From: Sedimentisphaerales bacterium
Lineage (GTDB): Bacteria; Planctomycetota; Phycisphaerae; Sedimentisphaerales; Anaerobacaceae
Assembly: GCA_963708075.1 (NCBI GenBank)
Contig: OY970194.1
Location: 5,984,001-6,048,000 of the forward strand
Length of the DNA: 64,000 bases
Direction: 5' to 3'
Made by a program: the position numbers and the translations under genes. Below, piece after piece: positions 18,547 to 28,665 of this stretch; position 1 is the stretch's first letter; the number at the start of each line of letters is the position of its first letter. Below the pieces are notes generated by a model, which worked only from the letters and a program-made list of their open reading frames with translations, was not told the origin of the DNA and made no database searches.

Positions 18547-19611
18547 ATGAAAGTGATCGTACATGTAGATGGTGGCAGCCGGGGCAATCCGGGCCCGGCG
18601 GCCGCGGCGTTTGTTCTCGATGACGCGGCCGGCAACCGATTGGCGGCCAGGGCATGCGTGCTGGGCAAGACTACGAACAATGTTGCCGAGTACACGGCCC
18701 TGCTCCGTGCTTTAGAGGCGGCCGGTGCGCTCGGTGCAACGGATGTGGCCGTCTTCAGTGACAGCGAGCTGCTCGTCAGGCAGCTTACCGGCCTGTACAA
18801 GGTCAAGAGCGACTTGATCCGGCCGCTGTACGAGCAGGTGAACGACTTGCGCAATCAGTTCGACTGCTTCAGCATCCGGCACGTCATGCGCGAGCAGAAC
18901 AAGGAGGCGGATCGGCTCGTGAACGAGGCGCTGGATGCCGGTCGGGACATCGAGGAGGGGGCGGCAAAGCCGCAGAAGAAGATCCGGCTGGGCGTGCTCA
19001 TCAGCGGCGGGGGCAGGACGATGATGAATATTCTCGACTGCATCAAATGCCGCGAGCTCAACGCGGAGATCGCCGTCGTGATCAGTTCGCTCTCGACTAT
19101 CGCGGGCATCAACAAAGCGCGCAACGCGGGGCTGCCCGTGAAAATCATCCGGCGGAAGGACTATCCCGACATCGATGCATTCAGCGAGCAGATCACGGAA
19201 GAGCTGGATGCGGCCAAGGTGGACCTGGTGGTGCAGGGGGGGTGGCTGTGCCTGTGGAAGATCCCGCCGCAGTATGAGAACCGCGTGATGAACATCCACC
19301 CGGCATTGCTGCCCGGTTTCGGGGGCAAGGGCATGTGGGGTCATCACGTGCACGAGGCGGTGCTCGCCGCCGGCTGCAAGGTCAGCGGCTGCACGGTCCA
19401 CTTCTGCACGAACGAATACGACAGGGGGCCGATCATTGTGCAGCGGACCTGCCCGGTGGCCGACGACGACACGCCCGACACGCTGGCGGAGCGGGTCTTC
19501 GAGCAGGAGTGCATCGCCTATCCGCAGGCAATCCGCTGGTTTGCTGAAGACAGACTCCAGGTGGAAGGCAACCGGGTGAAGGTGCAGTCATTGATGAAGG
19601 ATGATGGATGA
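18547..19611 (+). CDS. purN: RNase HI - phosphoribosylglycinamide formyltransferase fusion
   Basis: N-term DGGSRGNPG, TNNVAEY, SDSELLV, N.EADRL; C-term GVLISGGG, NIHPALLP, GCTVH, D.GPII. Confidence 0.85.
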   Translation: MKVIVHVDGGSRGNPGPAAAAFVLDDAAGNRLAARACVLGKTTNNVAEYTALLRALEAAGALGATDVAVFSDSELLVRQLTGLYKVKSDLIRPLYEQVNDLRNQFDCFSIRHVMREQNKEADRLVNEALDAGRDIEEGAAKPQKKIRLGVLISGGGRTMMNILDCIKCRELNAEIAVVISSLSTIAGINKARNAGLPVKIIRRKDYPDIDAFSEQITEELDAAKVDLVVQGGWLCLWKIPPQYENRVMNIHPALLPGFGGKGMWGHHVHEAVLAAGCKVSGCTVHFCTNEYDRGPIIVQRTCPVADDDTPDTLAERVFEQECIAYPQAIRWFAEDRLQVEGNRVKVQSLMKDDG

Positions 19612-19690
19612 TGGATGATTGGTAATTGCCGATCGCATCTATCCAGAGTCAGCCGTCGATGCGTGTGCCGGCACGTATGCAAGGGATGCC

Positions 19691-20140
19691 GTGAATAGAC
19701 GCGAGAGAGCATTGCTGATCGAATCGCTGTTTGTGCTGATCGCCACCATAGCGGCGGTCATCGGCATGGTGCAGCTCAAGGACTATGTCAACCGCTCCGA
19801 GGCCATGCGTGCGATGACCCAACTTGGCGAGCGCGTTCTCGAACACCGCAAACAGTACGGCTCACTGCCGCCGCAATCGTTCGTGGACAACATCAAAGGC
19901 GATGTGGAGGGCGCCGTCCGCATGGGCAACGTCAACTACCGCGCCCGGTGGATCGGCCTGGACGCCCCCGATGGCACCATCCTGGCCTACTCCCAGAAGC
20001 ACCTCCCATCCTCCTTCCTCAAAGACGGCTACGTAGTCCTGCGCCTGGATGGCACAGTCGAGTGGCTGCCAACGAGACAATTCACCACCCTCTTCGCCGG
20101 CCAGCGAACACCTACAGAGCCGGACATCCCTAAAGAGTGA
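19691..20140 (+). CDS. hypothetical membrane-anchored protein (start uncertain)
   Basis: One N-terminal TM helix; YGSLPP and VL.LDG.VEW motifs reminiscent of planctomycete prepilin-associated small domains. Confidence 0.55.
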   Translation: MNRRERALLIESLFVLIATIAAVIGMVQLKDYVNRSEAMRAMTQLGERVLEHRKQYGSLPPQSFVDNIKGDVEGAVRMGNVNYRARWIGLDAPDGTILAYSQKHLPSSFLKDGYVVLRLDGTVEWLPTRQFTTLFAGQRTPTEPDIPKE

Positions 20141-20299
20141 TCTGGATTCGCCGGCAGTCGGCGAAGGCGCAATACGCCGGTTTGAGGCGCGCGGCAAAAT
20201 CCGGAAGGACTTCAAAAACAACGAAAGGCAGGGCATCAGGTAATCTGATGCCCTGCCTGTTGATTCTCCGGCAGAAGCTGCGTATCCGTGCTACTTGGG

Positions 20300-22801
<2,502 letters not shown>

Positions 22802-23300
22802 TTCTATACAACCTGCTCCAAAAACAATGCCTGCATTTAACAGTTGCTACGGCGGAGAAAGTCTCCAGATTCTCTGATCAGCGTTAAGCTATTCCGTTTC
22901 CGCCATCTTGTCAACCGTTTTAGATACACCTGTCCTCTATCGTGCAAAATAACAGATACAACAGGGCGGCTGCCTTACGTGACCTATAATTATATGACAC
23001 AAAAGGCTTCCATGTTCGTTTCCTGCAGGGCGCCTTCCCGAATAATCATTCACCGTATCGGCAAAATGGGCGCAGAACTTTCCTCAACCCGGGGTAACAC
23101 CGTGGATAGCCGACAGGCATACGAACACCGGATCGTTCGGGTTAGTGAGCGTCCGGAACGACTCAGATCATCGAATTCCCCTGATATGCATGAGATTTAC
23201 GGGCAAAGCCGGGCAGCCGGCGCTTCCGACCAGCGGGCACGGGCAGTCAGGGAATCTTACCGGAGCATTTAGCTCAGCCCCGGCAAGGAGCGGTCACGCC

Positions 23301-23588
23301 CTATATCCCGGGCTCTTTGTTCTCGCCGCCGCTGCCGTTGTCTTCGAGCAGCTTTCTGAGGTACGTGTTCTCCCGGCGCGTCGCCTCCAGGTCGAACGCC
23401 TGGTACTTGATGCAGACCCGCAGGTAATCCAACAGCTCCTGCAGGGTGCTTATGCTCTTTTGGAGCTGTTTGCGACTGGCGTCGGCCTGTTTGGCCAGAT
23501 CGGCCAGCTTCTGGTGGCTCGGATCGGTGGTTTCGCCGAAATGCCTGAGCAAGTCATTCAGTGCGCCTTCCAGACTGGCCTCGTCCAT
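23301..23588 (-). CDS. small conserved-looking coiled-coil protein
   Basis: RBS GGAGAG; LDYLRVCIKY..FDLEATRREN.YLR.LLE motif. Confidence 0.7.
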   Translation of the reverse strand: MDEASLEGALNDLLRHFGETTDPSHQKLADLAKQADASRKQLQKSISTLQELLDYLRVCIKYQAFDLEATRRENTYLRKLLEDNGSGGENKEPGI

Positions 23589-23814
23589 CGCACTCTCCTC
23601 CGGAAAACTTCTAAAAAACCAGTGGATAAACCCCCAAACTACATAGTGCCTATTGTACCAGACGCCGGACTGTTGGAGAAGGCCATTCTATGCTCTTTTC
23701 CCATCTTAACGCATATAATGGCCCGAAAGGAGCGTTGAGAGGGACGGCTGTGTCGAGAGTAGGGCTTGTAACCAATCTGCCGGAACACACCGCCCTAACG
23801 ACCATAACGTCCGC

Positions 23815-24140
23815 CAATTGGCTTTGTTCCGCACGGGCCGGCAAGCCACCTGGGCCGAGTTGATCACTTCAAACATCAAACTTCACACCTCGAACTCCCC
23901 CCAATTGGCTTTGTTTCGCACAATGATCGACTGCCTGCCGCCTGTCGCCTGGCAATTGGCTTTGTTTGGCGCAACGGGTTCTTCCCGTAGGGGCGGGTTT
24001 CAAACCCGCCCGCAAACTTGGCACGTTTTGTGGCGAGGCCGTCCTGGCCTTGTCTGCTACAATTGGCTTTGTTTCACGGAATCCTGATGCCCGCTGCCTG
24101 CTCCCTGATGCCTCCTCTTACAGATTGGCTTTGTTTCTGC
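23815..24140. repeat. array of five ATTGGCTTTGTT direct repeats with irregular spacers
   Basis: Core starts at 23817, 23904, 23955, 24062, 24124 (periods 87, 51, 107, 62). Confidence 0.85.
23987..24011 (+). repeat. GTAG-type REP
   Basis: GTAG-G-GGCGGGTTT-C-AAACCCGCC-C hairpin. Confidence 0.75.
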
Positions 24141-24228
24141 ACGTGGCTGATCTGGGCTTGTTCCGGGTTCTCGTGCCTTCTCGGGACGCCTGATCCAGTT
24201 GCGATGTGATTCTGAGCGTTGCGTAGTT

Positions 24229-24257
24229 ATCATACAAACGCCGCACTTTGATGTCAA
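24229..24257 (-). promoter_or_regulatory. sigma70-type promoter pointing into the repeat array
   Basis: TTGACA-N17-TATGAT on minus strand. Confidence 0.7.
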
Positions 24258-24351
24258 TGGAAAATCCCGGCAAGACACAGATTCCCGCCGATTGTAAGGC
24301 CTTATTGGACACGGATTTACGCCGATGGACACGGATTTTTGAGAGATTCTG

Positions 24352-24425
24352 TCTCGCGCAAGACGCCAAGATCGCAAAGGTTAACAGCAGTGTCTTCTTG
24401 GCGTTCTCTGCGTCTTAGCGCGAGA
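24352..24425. repeat. imperfect inverted-repeat element built from ~9-nt units
   Basis: TCTCGCGCAAGACGCCAAGATCGCAAAG ... CTTGGCGTTCTCTGCGTCTTAGCGCGAGA. Confidence 0.6.
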
Positions 24426-24651
24426 TACAAGTCTTTTAGTCCCCACAACTTACACCGGACCGTCGAATGTCCTCTCACTTGAGAACTGATAACCGGCAAC
24501 CGACAACTGACTACCGACAACCATTTCCGATTTGCCCTGTTGCCTCCGTCGCGACATAATAGAGCCTGCTGGACCGAGCGTGACGGCTTTGGAGGCCGAG
24601 AGACCATTTGGACAATGCATCCGCCGGGACCGTTGAGAAGGGAGAAGGCAC

Positions 24652-27600
24652 ATGGCCAAAGGCAGGCAATCCAAAGGTAAACCTGACCGACGAAGCGAAA
24701 AAGCGACCGGCGAACTGCCGGCAGGCGTCAAGTTGCTCCGGACACTGGAAGGGCACAAGGACACCGTCCTTAGCGCATCGTTCAGCCCGGATGGGCGGTG
24801 GCTGGCCAGCGCAAGCGACGATGCTACGCTGCGTCTGTGGGAGGTCTCCAGTGGCAGGGAACTGCGACAATTCAGTGGGCACAAGGACAGTGTCAATAGC
24901 GTGTCATTCAGCCCGGACGGACGGTGGCTGGTCAGCGCAAGCGACGACACGACATTGCGTCTGTGGGAGGCCTCCAGCGGCAAGGAACTCCGACAGTTCA
25001 GCGGATACGAGAATAGCGTGTTGAGCGCATCGTTCAGCCCGGATGGGCGGTGGCTGGCCGGCGCCAGCTACGACGGGATGGTGTGTCTGTGGGAGACTTC
25101 CAGCGGCAAGCGACTGCGACAGTTCGGCGGGCAGAAAGACATTGTCTGGAGCGTGTCGTTCAGCCCGGACGGGCGATGGCTGGCCGGCGCCAGCTACGAC
25201 GGGATGGTGTGTCTGTGGGAGGCCTCCAGCGGCAAGGAACTGCGACAGTTCAGCGCGCACCAGGGCTCCGTCTTTGGCGTGTCGTTCAGCCCGGACGGGC
25301 GGTGGCTAGCCGGCGCGAGCGCGGACAAGACGGTGCGTCTGTGGGAGGCCTCCAGCGGCAAGCTGCTCCGCACCCTCGAAGGACACACAGGACCTGTTTC
25401 AGCGGTTGCTTTCTCCAAGGACTTCGGGATGCTCGCTTCCAAGAGCTCTGACGGGACCGTACGGCTTTGGAATTGCGAGTCGTGGGAATGCGTCGCGGTC
25501 ATTCCGACACCGGATCAGCGGTGGGGCTTTTTTGCGGCTTTGTGCTTTCACCCAACCTTGCTGTGGCTTGCCACGGACGCCTCGAAGCCGGGGGCCATTG
25601 GAGAAAGCGGCCGTCTCATTCGGTTCTGGGAGTTGGATGTCGAGGTTCTGCTCGGGAAAGGGCCCGGGGCCAGACCGCCATCGGAGGCGGTCCATCACAC
25701 CACCAGCAAGATCGTCCTGGTGGGTGATCACAGTGTGGGCAAGTCCGCACTTGGCTATCGGATGCTTCATGGCGAGTTCAAGGAGCAAGCTTCGACACAC
25801 GGGCAGCAGTTCTGGGTGTTTCCTGCCTTAGGCAAGCGACGCGCTGACGGCACCGAATGTGAAGCGGTTCTCTGGGACTTCGCTGGCCAACCCGATTACA
25901 GACTGGTTCACGCGCTGTGCATTGATGATGCCGACTTGGCCTTGGTATTGTTCGATGCCTCGGACATTCGCGACCCGCTACATGGAGTGAGCTTCTGGCT
26001 GAAGCAGCTTCAAGGGGGGCGCACCCGGTGTCCTGTTATCCTCGTAGGCGCGCAAACGGATCGCGGGAGTTGCGCGCTGATGCCGGAGGAACTGCACTCC
26101 TTTTGTCAGCAGCACGGTATCGCAGGGCCGACCCACACGAGCTCGCTCACGGGTGCCGGCGTGCCAGAACTCGTTGAACAGATGAAAGCCCTGATCCCGT
26201 GGGACGACAAGCCCGCCACCGTCACAACTACGACTTTCAAGCGCATCAAGGACTACGTGCTCGGCCTCAAGGAGTCGAAATCGCACGACCAGACCATCTT
26301 CACACCCGTGGAACTCCGTGCCCGTTTGGAGGCCACCGATGTCGGCTGGCATTTCACCGACAATGAAATGCTGACTGCCGTAGGGCACCTTGAGAACTAC
26401 GGCTATGTCAGACGCTTGCGGACCTCGAAGGGGGAGCTGCGTATCCTGCTCCAGCCGGAACGGCTCAACAATCTGGCATCATCGTTCGTTCTAGAAGCAC
26501 GCCGGAACACACTGGGTGCGTTGGAGGAGAGACGTTTGCTGGCTGGCGGCTACGCCTTTCCGGAGTTGACGGACTTGAGCGAGGCCGAGCGTGACTTGCT
26601 TCTGGATTCGGCGGCCTTGCTTTTCCTGGAGCACAATGTTGCATTTCGCGAGACGGACCCCCTACGCATGGAGCCGTACTTGGTCTTCCCGGAACTGATC
26701 AACTTGAAGAAGCCGTCTGGGGACGAAAGGGCAACCGAAGAGGGGGTGGCCTACACGGTGCGTGGGCCGACGGAGAACGTGTTTGCCTCGCTGGTCGTCC
26801 TGCTGGGCCACACGCATACTCTCACGCGCACGGGCCAATGGCAGAACAATGCGCGTTACGAGGTGGGCGAAGGCTTAGTCTGCGGGTTCCGCCAAGAGGC
26901 CGAGCGCGACGGTGAATTAGACTTCGTGGTCTGCTTCGGTCCCAAGGTGGGTGGACCGATCCGGACTCTATTCCAAGGGCTATTCGAGAGCTTCCTCGCC
27001 CGGCGCAACCTGACGGTGATCCGTTACGAACCGGTGCGTTGTACTGAGGCGGAGTGTGGACACTTGCTGGACCGATCCGTCGTGCGCCAGCGGATGAAGG
27101 AGGGTAAGACCTTTGCCTTCTGCAACGATTGCGGCGAGAAATTGACATTGCCAGAGATGGCGGAGCCAATTCAGTTGACGCGCGAAATCGAAGCCGAGGT
27201 TGAGACTCAGCGTCGCACTGCCGAGCAGCGGACACGATTCGAACAGGCCATCTTCAGTGTGCAAAACTATGTGGTAGAGCAGGGAATCAAGGTGCCCGAG
27301 TGCTTCATCAGCTATGCCTGGGGCGTGCCGGAGCACGAACGGTGGGTGGAAAAGCGGCTGGCGACCGATCTACAAAAAGCGGGGATTGCGGTCGTGCTGG
27401 ATCGATGGCACAACGCGAAGATTGGCGCAAGCGTAGCGAGGTTTATCGAACGCATCGAAAAATGTGACCGGATTGTCACGGTTGGCACGCCGCTCTATCG
27501 TCACAAGTACGAGAACAAGGACACAAGCACCGGCTATGTCGCGGCGGCGGAGGTGGATTTGATCAACAACCGGCTTCTTGGCACCGAGCTACAGAAGGCA

Positions 27601-27804
27601 AGCGTGCTCCCGCTGTTGCTGGACGGAGAGAAGACCGCTTCCCTACCGCCGCTCCTGCATGGTCGCGTCTATGCTGACTTCCGCAACGAGGACGACTACT
27701 TCATCACGGCATTCGACTTGATCCTGTGTCTCTACGGGATTGCGCCGAGCGATCCGGCCGTGGCGGACTTGCGGGAGTCGCTCCAAGAGCTGCGGCTGAG
27801 GTAG
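24652..27804 (+). CDS. WD40-Roc-COR-zinc ribbon-TIR/SEFIR (Roco family) protein
   Basis: Six clear WD40 repeats, GDHSVGKS P-loop, WDFAGQ switch II, COR-like region, C....C and CxxC pair, C-terminal CFISYAW...WV..LA.DL...G..V.LD.W. Confidence 0.85.
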   Translation: MAKGRQSKGKPDRRSEKATGELPAGVKLLRTLEGHKDTVLSASFSPDGRWLASASDDATLRLWEVSSGRELRQFSGHKDSVNSVSFSPDGRWLVSASDDTTLRLWEASSGKELRQFSGYENSVLSASFSPDGRWLAGASYDGMVCLWETSSGKRLRQFGGQKDIVWSVSFSPDGRWLAGASYDGMVCLWEASSGKELRQFSAHQGSVFGVSFSPDGRWLAGASADKTVRLWEASSGKLLRTLEGHTGPVSAVAFSKDFGMLASKSSDGTVRLWNCESWECVAVIPTPDQRWGFFAALCFHPTLLWLATDASKPGAIGESGRLIRFWELDVEVLLGKGPGARPPSEAVHHTTSKIVLVGDHSVGKSALGYRMLHGEFKEQASTHGQQFWVFPALGKRRADGTECEAVLWDFAGQPDYRLVHALCIDDADLALVLFDASDIRDPLHGVSFWLKQLQGGRTRCPVILVGAQTDRGSCALMPEELHSFCQQHGIAGPTHTSSLTGAGVPELVEQMKALIPWDDKPATVTTTTFKRIKDYVLGLKESKSHDQTIFTPVELRARLEATDVGWHFTDNEMLTAVGHLENYGYVRRLRTSKGELRILLQPERLNNLASSFVLEARRNTLGALEERRLLAGGYAFPELTDLSEAERDLLLDSAALLFLEHNVAFRETDPLRMEPYLVFPELINLKKPSGDERATEEGVAYTVRGPTENVFASLVVLLGHTHTLTRTGQWQNNARYEVGEGLVCGFRQEAERDGELDFVVCFGPKVGGPIRTLFQGLFESFLARRNLTVIRYEPVRCTEAECGHLLDRSVVRQRMKEGKTFAFCNDCGEKLTLPEMAEPIQLTREIEAEVETQRRTAEQRTRFEQAIFSVQNYVVEQGIKVPECFISYAWGVPEHERWVEKRLATDLQKAGIAVVLDRWHNAKIGASVARFIERIEKCDRIVTVGTPLYRHKYENKDTSTGYVAAAEVDLINNRLLGTELQKASVLPLLLDGEKTASLPPLLHGRVYADFRNEDDYFITAFDLILCLYGIAPSDPAVADLRESLQELRLR
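24748..25480 (+). repeat. 126-nt tandem coding repeats (WD40 blades)
   Basis: TTCAGCCCGGA recurs at 24781, 24907, 25033, 25159, 25285; a diverged unit follows at 25411. Confidence 0.9.
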
Positions 27805-27815
27805 GGGCATCGAGG

Positions 27816-27843
27816 GAAACGCCTTGCGGCGTCACTACAAACG
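27816..27843 (-). repeat. GTAG-type REP between convergent genes
   Basis: Minus strand GTTTGTAGTGACGCC-GCAA-GGCGTTTC. Confidence 0.6.
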
Positions 27844-27859
27844 GCTGCCTTTTGTCGAT

Positions 27860-28444
27860 CTATGCCAAACCTTCCGGGGTGGACTGGCCGTGGAACTCGC
27901 TGGGGTTGAGGAAGATTTCGCCGCGGACCTCCTCGACGATGAGCTGGGCGATGTGCATGGCGGGACGCAGGAGGATGGTCTGCGGTCCGAGGTTGATCAT
28001 TTCGAGCGTGAGCGGGCCGGCCCAGCCGGGATGGACGGTCGGCGAGGTGAAGTGGACCATCAGGCCGCAGCGGGCCCGGCTGCTCTTGCCCTCGATCCGC
28101 GCGGCCAGGTGCGGCGTCCCCTTGTTCACCGGCAGCTCGATGCGCTCCAGCGTGCGGCCGAGGATGAACTGCTGCGGCTTGAGCGGGTACGGGTTCTCGT
28201 CCGTGAGCGAGATTCTTCGCGAGTTCCGCGCGATCACCTCCGACAGCGTCCCGCGCTCCGTGACATCATAATGGTATGGCCCCGCCTGCGGCACCGCGAT
28301 CTCTCCATGCAGTCGCAAGTCCACCGCGTGCGTGTCATACGGACAGTACTTCCCCTTCTCCGGCCGCCTCGGCGCCGGCTCCGGCTCAATCACCAGCCGC
28401 CCTTCATCCAATGCCTTTTGAATCTCGATATTCGATAGAATCAC
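27860..28444 (-). CDS. dcd: dCTP deaminase (trimeric dUTPase-fold)
   Basis: MILSN.EI, VDLRL, EGKSSRAR.GL.VH.T.P.VHPG..G.LTLEM.NLG, IAQL. Confidence 0.88.
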   Translation of the reverse strand: MILSNIEIQKALDEGRLVIEPEPAPRRPEKGKYCPYDTHAVDLRLHGEIAVPQAGPYHYDVTERGTLSEVIARNSRRISLTDENPYPLKPQQFILGRTLERIELPVNKGTPHLAARIEGKSSRARCGLMVHFTSPTVHPGWAGPLTLEMINLGPQTILLRPAMHIAQLIVEEVRGEIFLNPSEFHGQSTPEGLA

Positions 28445-28665
28445 GTTTCAGCTCACAATCTCACCGCGTGTCAATGCCGCCGGATTCACCGGCCCAATGG
28501 GTCCATAAGATACCGCTTCTCGAGTCACAACGCCAGAGCCACGCGATGCAGGATTTGTCTTGATGCTTCGCACGAAAAGCGTAAAATGAGAGTCAGCAAG
28601 CAAGCCTGATTGACATACGAGTGACGGCGGGAAAAGCGGGAATGACCACTGGCGGAGCGCGTACC

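Noticed and set aside
22802..23300. ORFs or a heat-shock operator upstream of clpC
   Set aside because: Listed ORFs lack coding features; no CIRCE or CtsR repeat recognised
23815..24140. CRISPR array
   Set aside because: Conserved repeat is only 12-15 nt, periods vary from 51 to 107 nt, spacers are low-complexity, and no cas genes are in the window
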